64,000 nt of DNA, taken from Malacoraja senta. Taxonomy: Eukaryota. Position numbers and translations under genes: made by a program. Shown piece by piece: positions 25,273 to 36,646 of the stretch; the stretch's first letter is position 1, and every line of letters begins with the position of its first letter. Below the pieces are notes generated by a model that was given only the letters and a program-made list of their open reading frames with translations, was not told where the DNA came from and did no database searches. The stretch lies in contig CM075979.1 in assembly GCA_038087875.1 (NCBI GenBank), forward strand, positions 77,004,001 through 77,068,000, in the 5' to 3' direction.

Positions 25273-26759
25273 AATATACCCACTTATCTTCTGGAACAGC
25301 AGACTGGCTCCCAGACCTTACATGAATCAGCCATTTACCCAAGAAATATGGAAGCCTCACTGGTCTCCAGGTGGGACTGAAGCAACTAGACCTGCATAAT
25401 TCTGGCAAACACCCAAGCAATAGGAAACTAACTGGATCAACTCAAAATTAGAATCGACTGCCTAAGGGAACTGAGAGTCTGCTGTGTGCTCTGTTTTACA
25501 GAGACATGAGGATACAGGGTTACGGGGAGGAGGCTGGAGAATGGGTAGGAAACATAGTTCAGCCATTATCGGATGGCGGAGAAGGCTCGATGGGCCGAAT
25601 GGCCTAATTCTGCTCCTATGTCTTCTGACCTCAAGGCTGAAATCTGCTTCTCCTGACTGTGTCAAACAACCAGCTTTCTCCTCCTATATCGCCAACAACT
25701 GATAAGCTACCAAACCAGCATCTCCTCCGTGCCCCAGCCCTCGCATGTGAAGCTATTGTCCTTCCATGTGGGAGCAGCCAGCTATTTCTATTTTTGTTAC
25801 ACTGTAACTCTGCATGATTCGATTGCCAGTGCCCAAGGAATCGTTAAAGTCTAAAACTGCATTGAAATTCACCTGCAGGAATAATTTTGCAGCTGTTATA
25901 TCAGCAACTAAAGTCAACCCCAAGCATCCTCATAAAGCAGGAGGCAATCTGTTCTAACATTGATATAGTTAGTGTGCTACAAAAGTGTTTAATTGATTGT
26001 AGGGGTCGCCTAGAGGTTGTGGAGGACAATATAGAAGTGGGAAGACAGTTTGTTTTCTAGTTATCATAGTTCAGTAACAATTTGTTTCCCACTTCAACCA
26101 GGGCGACTGAGATAACTCACTGCCCTTACAAACATCCCTCTCTGTGGACTACTTCTAACCCGTATGTTTATAGATGTTTTTGAAAGTCCGAGTTGTTAGC
26201 GTTGCACCACCTGAATTGATTGGATCACTTCCAAATCGTAATTAGACACTGCTTGGCTGTTAGATAGAGCATTAAGCTGAGATGGCTTACTCCAGTCACA
26301 CATAAAGTCAACCGTTCTAGACTGACTAATGGTGACAGTCTTACTAATAAAGTGGCGCATGGAAAGAGATTTATCTTTTGGTTCAAGTGAGTGGATTTTA
26401 GTAAGTAAATTTTTTTTAAAAATCTGATAAGGAACCTTTTGGAGTTAGCTGAAGAGGCTGGAGGCATCTGATTAAGTCATGTTAATGGTTGTTCAACAGC
26501 TGCATCTGCAAGTCCGTTTTGACTGTTAGGCCTGTTAAAACCATGGCTCTGAGGCATTTCCCCAGCATCTTGAAATGAGAATCGACGTGAGAAGCACCAC
26601 GTCTGTGGCTCCTGTAACAAATGAAAGTACCGCTCCAGTCCTTCAAGCTAAAATAAGCTAACCCAAATAACACGTCTCCCACCCCAAGCACTAGTAACCT
26701 TCCCAATAAAATCACAATGATGCTGTATCATCAAAGACATCCTTGGGCCTATCACTAAC

Positions 26760-27660
26760 CAGTCTGAAGAAGGGTCTCGACCCGAAACGTCACCCATTCC
26801 TCTCCAGAGATGCTGCCTGTCCCGCTGAGTTACACCACCATTTTGTGTCTACCTTCGTTTTTTTAAATTAATTTTTTTTAATTATTTTTATTAGAAGTAC
26901 GGTAAATTACAGTAATACACAACACATATATCTTAATACATTTTTTGTACCGCTTCATTTTTTTGAGCTTTAAGAAAGAGATAGAAGTAAGGAAAGTAAA
27001 GAAAATGCGCAAGAGTCGTGAAGTGCAAGAGAGTGTTGGGAAAAGAAAGCCCCTTAGAAAAGAAGTTAGAGAAGGAAGTAAAGTAAGAAAGTGGACCCTA
27101 GAAAAGAAAGAAAAAGAAAGTAGGGACAATCGCTCTATTATGACATTATACTCCGCAGAAAGGGGACTACCAACCAAGTCTATTTTTGTTGTTTTACCTC
27201 CCATTACCAGGTCCTGATACCATTTATTTATTTATTTATTTATAAAATTTCTATTGCACCTCATGCTTGTAATAGGTCCAGAAACGTAGACCACGTCTTT
27301 TGGAATTGGTCTGCTTTACCTGCTAAGAGGAAACTCATCTCTTCCAGATGTAATGTTTCAAACATATTTGATGTCCACATTTTTATTGTTGGTGTGGGCG
27401 CATTTTTCCAGAATTTAAGTATGAGCTTTTTTCCCCATTATTAGCCCGTAATTGAATAAATTCTTCTGATACACGTTTAATTCAGGGATACCTTCCGATA
27501 TTCCAAAAATGATCCATTCTGGTTTTGGTACCAGTTTTATTATAATTAATTTTGAAAAAATATCAAATATTTCATACCAGAAATTTTGGATTTTTGTACA
27601 TAAAACAAAAGAATGCGCTATGCCTTCGGTTTAAACCAGCATCTGCAGTTCCTTCTTACT
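26760..27660 (+). mobile_element. PLE-terminus repeat with intact hammerhead core, split by an L1 insertion
   Basis: CTGAAGA-AGGGTC-TC-GACCC-GAAACGTC at 26764-26791. Host resumes at ~27622 (CCTTCGGTTTAAACCAGCATCTGCAG). Confidence 0.8.
26858..27615 (-). mobile_element. L1-clade LINE 3' fragment (ORF2 C-terminus, 3' UTR, A-rich tail)
   Basis: Minus strand reads LVPKPEWIIFGISEG..., KKLILKFWKNAPTPTIKMW..., QFQKTWSTFLDLLQA*. Short CCTTCG duplication at the junctions. Confidence 0.8.
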
Positions 27661-28134
27661 CATCCTTGTGCAAGATTGCTGCCACTTGGTGGGTGTGTTG
27701 CTCATGGAAGACAATGGGTGCCATCGCTGCTTTGTAACAAATACAGTGCATTGGTTAATGGCACAATGAATGAATGTAAAGAAAGCTGTGTACTGACTAC
27801 AGCAGTCAGTTTTCTGTATACATTTTTATGAATAATATTCATTTTTGAAATAAAAAAAGCAGAAGGTTCGGGAGTTTGAGAAATGTAAATAGATTAGATC
27901 CTTCTGTCCTATTCCACACAGCCTCTCAACCTGACACCCCACATCCCACCACGTACCATCCCCTTAAGTACCACACCTCCATGTATCACCCATATCGCAC
28001 AACCCTCCACGTACCTCATACTATGAAATAAAGCCCTCCAAACATGGGGACTGAATCAGAGAAAGGATTGGAGCTACAGACTGCAGCTGTGCCACCACCA
28101 TGGGAGCAAATCAAATATCCACTCATACCCCACA

Positions 28135-28445
28135 CTCCTCCATATATCACCCCTCATATCGCAGACCCTTTCTTGTATCACCCCTCATATCCCACAGCCC
28201 ATATATCACCCCTCATATCACAGACCCTTTCCTGTATCACCCCTCATATCCCACAGCCCATATATCATCCCTCATATCACAGACCCTTTCCTGTATCACC
28301 CCTCATATCCCACAGCCCATATATCATCCCTCATATCGCAGACCCTTTCCTGTATCACCCCTCATATCCCATAGCCCATATATCATCCCTCCTATCCCAT
28401 ATCTCTCCCTGTATCACCCCTCATACACCACACCCCTCCCTGGAT
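28135..28445. repeat. 59-bp minisatellite, about 4-5 copies, built from two TATCACCCCTCATATC-containing subunits
   Basis: Units start at 28141, 28200 and 28259. Confidence 0.9.
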
Positions 28446-29378
28446 CACCCCACATAATTCACAACCCCATTGTATCACTCCTCATATCCCATTCATGTAT
28501 CTCCCCTGTTCTGAGCAACTTTAATAGATTAATTTCTGTTGCTTTATGTTCTATCCAATATGTATTTGCTTCTTTCGCGGAGTGTTGGTGAGAGGGGAGA
28601 GGATTAGTGTCGGGGCTCAATCTCAGGTTACTACCATTTTAAAATCAAAATCATTGCTTATTCCAAAATTTCAGGTACATAGGACTCCGACACCCCATAC
28701 CCCCTCCATGTATCCCACTGTTGGGTATGTGCAACAAGCTGCCAGATGCAGTAGCTGAGGCAGGTACCATAACAACATGTAAAAGACCTTTGGACAGGTG
28801 CAAAGGTGGGAAAGGTCTAGAGGGATATGGGCATAACTTAAATGGGCATCTTTGCCGGCATGGACAAGGTGGGCCGAAGGGCCTATTTCCATGCTAAATG
28901 ACTCTGTGATTCTGACACCAAGACTATGATAATTAAGCACCTTCAGCACTGGGCCACTAACTGCATGAACACATCAGACGAACACTTTACCAAACAAATT
29001 CTCTGTTCTCAGCTCAGTCCTGACCAAAGGAGTTACCAAGGTCAAAAACAGCACTATAAGTGTAACTTCTAAGTTGCTCAGAATAAAAAGATATTGAGCT
29101 GGGAAGTTCCGCAGTTGAAGAAACCTTCTTGTAGGAATGTCTACGAGGAATCCACCCTTCCCGCCTTTGAAGAACTTCACTTCAGGCAGTGAGGTACAGC
29201 AGAAAGTGAGGGAGAAAGAAACGACAGTGACATCAGTTTTGTGGGCAAATGTCATAGAGTCATTGGTACATTGTGGAAACAGGCTCTTCAGCCCAACTTG
29301 CCCACACCGGCCAACATGTCCCAGCTACACTAGTCCCACTTGCCTGCGTTAGGTCCATATCCTTCCAAACCTGCCTTA

Positions 29379-30229
29379 CTCTATTGGCGGATGGCGGATG
29401 CAGGAGTGGGCGCCGTTTGTATGACCGCCTGCCTGCAGTCCGTCCTCTAACTTTTTTATTGTCTAAAACATTTTTTTTGGAGTCTATTCTTTCTATGTGG
29501 GGTGGGGTGGGGTGGGGGGGTGGGGGAACTGTTTAAACCCCAGTCCTACCTGGTCGGAGATGCGGTTTTCCTCCAAATCGCATCCTCCGATCTCCCCATG
29601 CGGCCTTCCGTCGGGCTGGAGCGGCGTTCCTGCCGGGGGACCACAGCTTCGGCGGCACAGCGCTGGGACACCAACAAGGAGCGGGCGATACCTTGCCGGG
29701 TCGCCGCTCCGGAGTGCTGTGACCGCCGACCACCAACATCGAGCAGCCGCGGTCTGCGGTCTGCGGTTTGAGGGCATCCCGCCATGGGCGGGTGGCGCTG
29801 GATCGGAAGCACCGCGGAGTCGAAGCTCCAACCAGCGCGGCCTAAAGTCCACGGGCGTCGCAGTCTCCGGGGAAGGAGCGGCCGCTCCAGACATTTCTAA
29901 GCTGCTGAGGACTTTTCCACCCGATGCGGGTGGGGCCTATAATCATCGGGCTGCCGTTGCGGCGACTGGCTGCAGTGGCCTCAAACTGGCCCCGACATCG
30001 GCTGGACTAGGAGGAGGAGGAGGACTGGACATTTTGGTGCCTTCCCTCACAGTGGAGAGTGTAGATTCTACTGTGGGGGGATGTTCGTGTTGGATTTCTT
30101 ATAGTGTGTTGTGTCATTTTTTTCTACCACTTTTTATTATTTGTATGGATAGTCTTCCCTGTAAAGCACTTTGGCTTTTGATTGAAATCGACTGAAAAGT
30201 GCTATATAAATAAATTAACTTTACTTTAC
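29379..30229 (+). mobile_element. GC/CpG-rich non-coding element with an L2-like 3' tail, inserted in a CR1 fragment
   Basis: Ends TGTAAAGCACTTTG...GAAAAGTGCTATATAAATAAA plus (TTTAC)n. The flanking CR1 halves 29252-29378 and 30230-30321 are collinear. Confidence 0.7.
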
Positions 30230-30834
30230 CATGTACCTGTCTAACTGCTTCTTAAACATTGGGATAGTCCCTGCCTCATCGACCTCTTCTGGCAGCTTGT
30301 TCCATACACCCACCACCCTTTGTTCAATATCTGTTTATGAAACCACAATAGCAAGTGCCTCAGAAATCACAATTTCGGCCCAGACTCCCGTGATTATGGG
30401 GAAGATAATGTAGAAGTGAGCGTACTCAGCCCTGCCTAGCAACTCCAGTCCCAGTGATGCAAACTCCTCATCTGAAGGAACAAAGTCAAACATTTCAAAC
30501 ATTGGAGCTGACAGCTGACTGAGCATCGGAAAAGTCTGCAAAATATACAGAGCAGGCACTTGGAACATTCACTCTCTGTTTCCGTGTCCTCCCAGTGTGG
30601 TGATGCAACTCATTCCTTGTATATATTCACTAAACAACCTTGTCCTCCGCCATCAAATTCCACATTTACTTATACACGGCTGAAATTTTCCATTCCCTTT
30701 TGTGACAGTACAATATTTATCTCCTGAGCTACGAATCAGGTCATTATTTGCTGTATGCGCTGCTAGGTTTCTGGCAAGCAGCCCGCACATCTTTCAGCAG
30801 TATCCTCAGATGAGCTCCTCTCTCAAGTCTTTGT

Positions 30835-31357
30835 GCACATGTGTGCGTGCGCGTGTGTGCACGCGTGTGTGTACGCGCGTGTGTGAGCACGCGTGTGTGT
30901 GTGTGTGCGAGCGCACGCATGAGTGCGCGTGCATGCTTGTGTGCGCGTATGTTTGTGCGTGCCTGCGTGTGTGTGCGTGTGTATTTGCGCGCATGTGTGT
31001 GCATGCGTGTGTGTGTGTGTGCGCGTGTGTGCACATGTCTGTGCGCGCGTGTGTGTATGCGCGTGTGTGTGCGAGCGTGCATGTGTTTGTGAGTGCGCAT
31101 GTTTGCAAGTGCACATGTGTGCGAGTGCGTATGCGTGCGCGTGCATGTGTGCGTGTGCGTTGGCGTGTGTGTGCGTGCATGCGTGTGTGTATGCATGTGT
31201 GTGCGTGCGTGCGTGGGTGTGTATGCATGCATGCGCGTGCGTATGCTTGTGTGCACGCATGTGTGTGTGTGTGTATGCATGCGTGTGCATGTGTGCGTGT
31301 ATGTGTGCGTGCATGTGCGTGTTCGTGTGTGCGTGTGTGTGTGTATGTATGTGTGCG
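30835..31357. repeat. Complex alternating purine-pyrimidine microsatellite (TG/CG/CA/TA)
   Basis: About 520 bp of near-continuous RY alternation. Confidence 0.95.
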
Positions 31358-31418
31358 CTTTCAGTCCAGCTCGTCCCAGGGACCTGTCTGAATTGCAAAG
31401 GAAACAATAAGAACGGTA

Positions 31419-31625
31419 GATAGACACAAAAAGCTGGAGTAACTCAACAGGACAGGCAGCATCTCTGGAGAGAAAGAATGGATGACGTTTCGGGTCGAGA
31501 CCCTTCTTCAGACCCAAAACGTCACCCATTCCTCCTCTCCAGAGATGCTGCCTGTTCCGCTCAGTTTCTCCACCTTTTTGTGTCTATCTTTGGTTTAAAC
31601 CAGCATCTGCAGTTCCTTCTTACAC
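31419..31625. mobile_element. PLE-terminus inverted dyad with an intact hammerhead on the minus strand (31480-31515)
   Basis: Arms are reverse complements. The minus strand reads GGGT-CTGAAGA-AGGGTCTCGACCC-GAAACGTC-ATCC. Confidence 0.85.
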
Positions 31626-32073
31626 AATAAGAACTGTAGTTGAGCTGATTATCTCCCTTAGAAGACTAGTTTGCTTTGCAACTAGCTTGGGGACAGCAAC
31701 CAATAGAGTGTTGCTGTGTTTTAAGCAGATCACAAAGAATAGGAGCAGTAATTCCTTGGTGGATTGTGAGAATCTTCAGCAAGTGCCATTACCCACAGTG
31801 TGTTATTTTACACGTTTAAATAACTCTGTGGTTTGCCTTGGGGAATAGGATGAAGAATGTGCAGATGTCTCTCGCTAAAGGTGTTGAATGTTTGTTCTGA
31901 TGCTTTGGGGTAATTCTGTTACTTTGCCTGCTTGTTTAAGGAGAAAATTTGCTTGTTTTAATACAGAGTCTGGTCGTTCTTCGTCATTGTTTTAAAGGTG
32001 ACAAAAACTCAGCAGCTTGTTTGCTGTAATAAAAGCAGAAACGGCTGGAAGCGCTCAGCAGGCCAGGCAATGG

Positions 32074-32622
32074 TGGGGCGGCACGGTGGAGTTGCGGTAG
32101 AGTTGCTGCCTTACAGCGCCAGAGACCCTGGATCGATCTTGACTACGGGTGCTGTCTGTACAGAGTTTGTTCGTTCTCCCCGTGATCTGCATGGGTTTTC
32201 CCCGGGTGCTCCGGTTTCCTCCCACAATCCAAAGACGTACAAGTTTGTAGGTTGATTGGCTTCGGTAAACTTTGCAAAATGTAGATAGACATAAAAAGCT
32301 GGAGTAACTCAGTGGGTCAGACAGCATCTCTGGAGAAAAGGAATAGGTGATGTTTCAGGTCAAAACCCTTGTTCAGACTGAGAGTCAGGGGAAAGGGAAA
32401 CAAGAGATATAGACGGTGATATGGAGAGATATAGAACACATTAATGAAAGGTATGCAAAAAGGTAATGATGATAAAGGAAACTGGCCATTGTTAGCTGGG
32501 GGCTAGGTAAATGGTCCCTCGTGGGCAGGGTAGTGCTAATGTACGGGGTGATCACTGGTCTGCACGGACTCGGTGGGCCGAAGGACCTGTTTCCGTGCTG
32601 TATCTCTAAACTAATCTAAACT
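32074..32622 (+). mobile_element. HE1-type V-SINE interrupted by a PLE-terminus fragment (~32280-32505, minus strand)
   Basis: SINE head and V-domain to ~32275, tail resumes ~32506. Confidence 0.82.
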
Positions 32623-32642
32623 ACACATCTTAGATTTTTCTT

Positions 32643-32953
32643 TTAGTTTAGAGATACAGCGCGGAAACAGGCCCTTCGGCCCACCGGTTCCGCGCCGACC
32701 AGCGATCCCCGCACATTAACATTATCCTACACCCACTAGGGACAATTTTTACATTTACCAAGCCAATTGACCTACAAACCTGTGCGTCTTTGGAGTGTGG
32801 GAGGAAAATGAAGATCTCGGAGAAAACCCACGCAGGTCACGGGGAGAACGTACAAACTCCATACAGACAGCACCCGTAGTCGATTGATCGAACCCGGGTC
32901 TCTGGCGCTGCATTCGCTGTAAGGCCGCAACTCTACCACTGCGCCACCGTGAC
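32643..32953 (-). mobile_element. HE1-type V-SINE (9-nt insertion subfamily)
   Basis: Full-length, tail-to-tail with the previous copy. Confidence 0.9.
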
Positions 32954-33196
32954 TGTGAGGAGAGAAAGTGAGTTAACATATCAGGTCAGAAAGTGGAGTC
33001 CTTGCCTGCCGGTCAGCTGTGCTTGTTGATCAGGTTTCCACCAGCGAGTGGCTCTTTTATCTCTGGCATTGTAACTGCAGAAAGCTGCAGGAGCCATCGC
33101 TTCCTCTAAACATGATCAAACCATTTATGAAAGGTGATAATGTATTAAGGAAAGTATTGACCATTTATTTGTAGCTGGGTTTATTTATTTCCAGAA

Positions 33197-33386
33197 TGTA
33201 GAAACAAAGAACTGCAGATGCTGGCTTCAATAAGCAGGTCAGGCAGCATCTCCAGAGGACATGGATATGTGACGTCGCGACACTTCTTCAGACAGACGAA
33301 GAAATATCCCGATCCGGGGAGTCACCCATCCATTTTCTCCAGAGATGCTGCCTGACCTGCTGAATTACTCCAGCACTTTGTGTCCT
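33197..33386. mobile_element. Degenerate PLE-terminus inverted dyad
   Basis: CAGGTCAGGCAGCATCTC... / ...GAGATGCTGCCTGACCTG arms. Confidence 0.75.
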
Positions 33387-33701
33387 TTTATTTATTTCCA
33401 ATTGTGAGTGCCCAGGACAAAGGATGCTTGGGGTTCCATCCACCAACTCCAACATTTAGTGCCCTCCGTATCATTGGACTCCAGTCAATGCCATCTGTAA
33501 GGTGTACCATAGTAACTTGGCAAAGATTTATTGATAACACCTCCCCAAACCTGGCCTTCCACACAGTGAACAAAGGCAACAGGTGCTGGAGAAGTCCGTC
33601 ACGTATAGTTTCCCCTCCAAGTCACACATCTAGAATTGGAAATCCATTTCTGAACCATGGGAGTAACTTCCACACACAGACGTGAGATGAGGGCAGTCTA
33701 A

Positions 33702-34022
33702 AGGGCCTGTCCCACTTTCCCGAGTTACTCACAAATTCCCCCGAGTTACTCACGAATTCTCTCGAGTTTTCCCCTTGATTCAAACCCAGAGAATGTCCGT
33801 AGCGAGTCCATAGGAGGCCATAGATATATCGTAGTGGCTCGTTATGCCAGCCGTAGGTACTTGGGGCATCAGGTAAGTCGGGACATTTTTTTCAGCTTGA
33901 CAAAAAATGTCCACGAGTAAAAAGATAGTCGGGAGGAGGAGTTCGTAGATCACAAAAATCTTGATTTTTTTTTAAAGGTCCTTTCAACTCAGCAGAGGAC
34001 TCGGGGAAGTGGGACAGGCCCT
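33702..34022. mobile_element. Harbinger-type MITE H2
   Basis: TIR AGGGCCTGTCCCACTT / AAGTGGGACAGGCCCT. Flanks TAA and TTA. Internal similarity to H3. Confidence 0.8.
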
Positions 34023-34345
34023 TTAAGGGGAGACACAGGACAAGATTTTTTGCACAGAGATGCATGGAACGTGCTGTGAGAGGTAGTGATGGAACCAGAT
34101 GCAACAGTGGCGTTTACAAGGTTGTTAGATAGGCACATGAATATGCAGGGAATGGATGGATAAGTAGCAAGAGCTGGCAGAGGAGATTCGTTTAAGTAGT
34201 CATCATGTTCAGTACTGACGTCGTGGGAAGATTGGCCTGTTCCTGTGCTGTACTGTTCTGTGGTCATTCTCTGTCTCGCTTGTGAGTTAACTCTCCATTG
34301 CTTTAGCTCCCAATGTGCTAAAACTTGGATATTGAAATTACAATA

Positions 34346-34772
34346 CAGGTTCAACACCGATTTTCAGGCACCCTTGGTCCCAGAGCTTTCTGGATGATCC
34401 GTTTTGCCGGGGCAACAGAGGTCACGGCCTGTGAGAGAAGTTGAATGATGCCGGAACCCTTTGCCTAGGCCACCGAGGGGCCGAGATACCGGCCCGCAAA
34501 CTCGTCCTCGGAAGTCGGCTACAGCAATGGATCGGCCGTCTCCAGCCAGACCGGAGATCCAAAGCCCTGGCTGCAGGGGGCAAATTTGGCCCGACGATCG
34601 GCCACGGAAGTCCCGATGAGTTTGAGATTGGCCGCCTCACCCAGCCTAGGCAGCACATTTTCATGGGGACTTCTTAGAGGTGGGGGGGGGATTTCAAGTG
34701 CGCTCTCGTAATTTGGTCTGGATGAAAGGTGGTGCCAAAACATCAGGTGCCAGAAAATCGGTGGTGGACCTG
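34346..34772. mobile_element. Tc1/mariner (pogo/Tigger-like) MITE
   Basis: 27-bp TIR CAGGTTCAACACCGATTTTCAGGCACC versus CAGGTCCACCACCGATTTTCTGGCACC (24 of 27 match). TA on both sides. Confidence 0.8.
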
Positions 34773-35389
34773 TAGTTGTATCTCGATCATTCTGGGTTCA
34801 GGCAACCTTTGTCGCCTCCTCCGGCTTTATAACCACGCATCTTCTTCGCAATTTGAACTTTTCCTGCAGCATATCACTTCCTCCATTCCAACACGGTCCC
34901 AAGTTCTGGAATATTTTCTCTGAACAATTTTATCTTCATATTTCTTTGAGAATCAGGTGAAAATTTACCACATTCGTCAAATCCAAAAGCAAACGACCAC
35001 CATTGTAAGAAATCTGAAACAAACGTTGAGAATGCTCTGCAGGTTGGGCAGCATCTGTGGAGAGAGATACAAGGTTAACATGGTCGATGCCCATTCATGT
35101 GAACGGGAGATTCACTCAACTAAAATTCTACTTGATGCAGGGTCTAAACCCAAAACATTGACATCCTTTTCCTCCACTGATGCTGCCTGACCATTACCTC
35201 CAGCAGTTGGTACTTTGCTCCAAATTCCAGCATCTGCAGTCTCTTGTGTTTCCAAAGGTCGTACTTGCTGAATGTTATCACTCTTCAAATCTAATGTTTG
35301 ATCGCCTAACCTTGTGCCTCCATCTTTACCTTCTGAACCTTCTGAATTTTGTAGTCGGCAGGGCAGTACTCTGCATGTCGCCAACTTGG

Positions 35390-35612
35390 ACAATTTAACA
35401 TTTTTATCAAGCCAATTAATCAAGCCAATTAACCTACAAACCTGTACGTCTTTGGAGTGTGGGAGGAAACCTAAGATCTCGGAGAAAACCCGCGCAGATC
35501 ACGGGGAGAACGTACAAACTCCATACAGACAGCACCCGTAGTCGGGATCGAACCCGGGTCTCTGGCGCTGCATTTTGCTGTAAGGCAGCAACTCTACCGC
35601 TGTGCCACCGTG
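35390..35612 (-). mobile_element. HE1-type V-SINE lacking the tail
   Basis: Head and V-domain. Confidence 0.85.
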
Positions 35613-36090
35613 ACTGCTTTAGCTCAATTTAATTTTGTTTGGTAATGTTCTTTACAAACTTTTGCAGTGTTAAAGTCCTCTTCTCTTCAAGTTCCTGTGT
35701 TCTAGGTGACAAGGCTGTTCAAACACCCCCCTGCTGATGGTTTCATTCCTTTTCTATTCAACGCTTTTCAGGAGTTTTTTTTTTCACAATCGATCCTGAA
35801 AAATGTGAAACCGTTCCTTCTGTCATCCCATGAACTGTTTTTCTTGTACATTGCCCTTAGCTGTGGGATACAGTTCAATCAATGGCCATTGACTGTTGCC
35901 GTAACAACTAACTGTTCAACAGGGCAACTGGATCATAATTGGCATCAAAATGTTTGTGTCAGACGTTGTGATTCTCCTGTTAGTGCCCTCCTGTGCTTTA
36001 CCAATGAATTAGTTTGATGAATAGCACGTCATCATTCATCTCAACTTGTTGTCACTTTCCGCACTCAATATGGTCTGAAGTTTCAGGTAA

Positions 36091-36396
36091 AGGGCCTGTC
36101 CCACTGTCTGAGGTAATTCAAGAGTTCTCCCCAGTTTCCCTTGATTCGAACTCGGAGAATTATGGTATAGCCGCTCATAGGTACTCGGGGCTCTCGTGAA
36201 CATTTTTCAACATGTTGAAAAATCTTCACGGGCTTACCGCGATTCCCGAGTACCTGCCGTTAGAGTTACGAGCCGCTAAGAGACATCCCGAGCTCCGACA
36301 TACCCGCTACGTACATTCTACGTACTTACCACGAGTTTGATTTTGTTTTTAACTCGGAAGAGCTCTTGGGTAAACTCGTATAGTGGGACAGGCCCT
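36091..36396. mobile_element. Harbinger-type MITE H3
   Basis: TIR AGGGCCTGTCCCACT / AGTGGGACAGGCCCT. Flanks TAA and CAA. Confidence 0.8.
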
Positions 36397-36646
36397 CAAC
36401 TCACAGTTTTCGGTAACCCACTTTCTCGGTGTGTATCAGAAATGGCTAGTTTGGCTCTGAGTGTATCCAGTTGTAACATGACCACAGTTTGACTGATGCG
36501 CTGGGCATTTCCAGCATTCTCCTTCTTCCGTTAGGTTAAGCAACAACTCTGATCTGCATTTCACAGCTTTTACATGCCCACTTGTTTTCCCCCTCCTTCT
36601 GACTTCCTTCATTAATCTAACCAGGCAGCTGAGTAAAATTAAAATC

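Noticed and set aside
26945-27217. Lys/Arg-rich 90-aa ORF
   Set aside because: Antisense of the pyrimidine-rich L1 3' UTR
28044-28591. Pro/His/Ile-rich ORFs
   Set aside because: Translation of the 59-bp minisatellite
29497-30195. 232-aa ORF and overlapping ORFs
   Set aside because: GC-rich repeat open in several frames on both strands, with no recognisable domain
30702-31529. Long ORFs (up to 261 aa) rich in C/V/A/R or H/T
   Set aside because: Translation of a dinucleotide microsatellite
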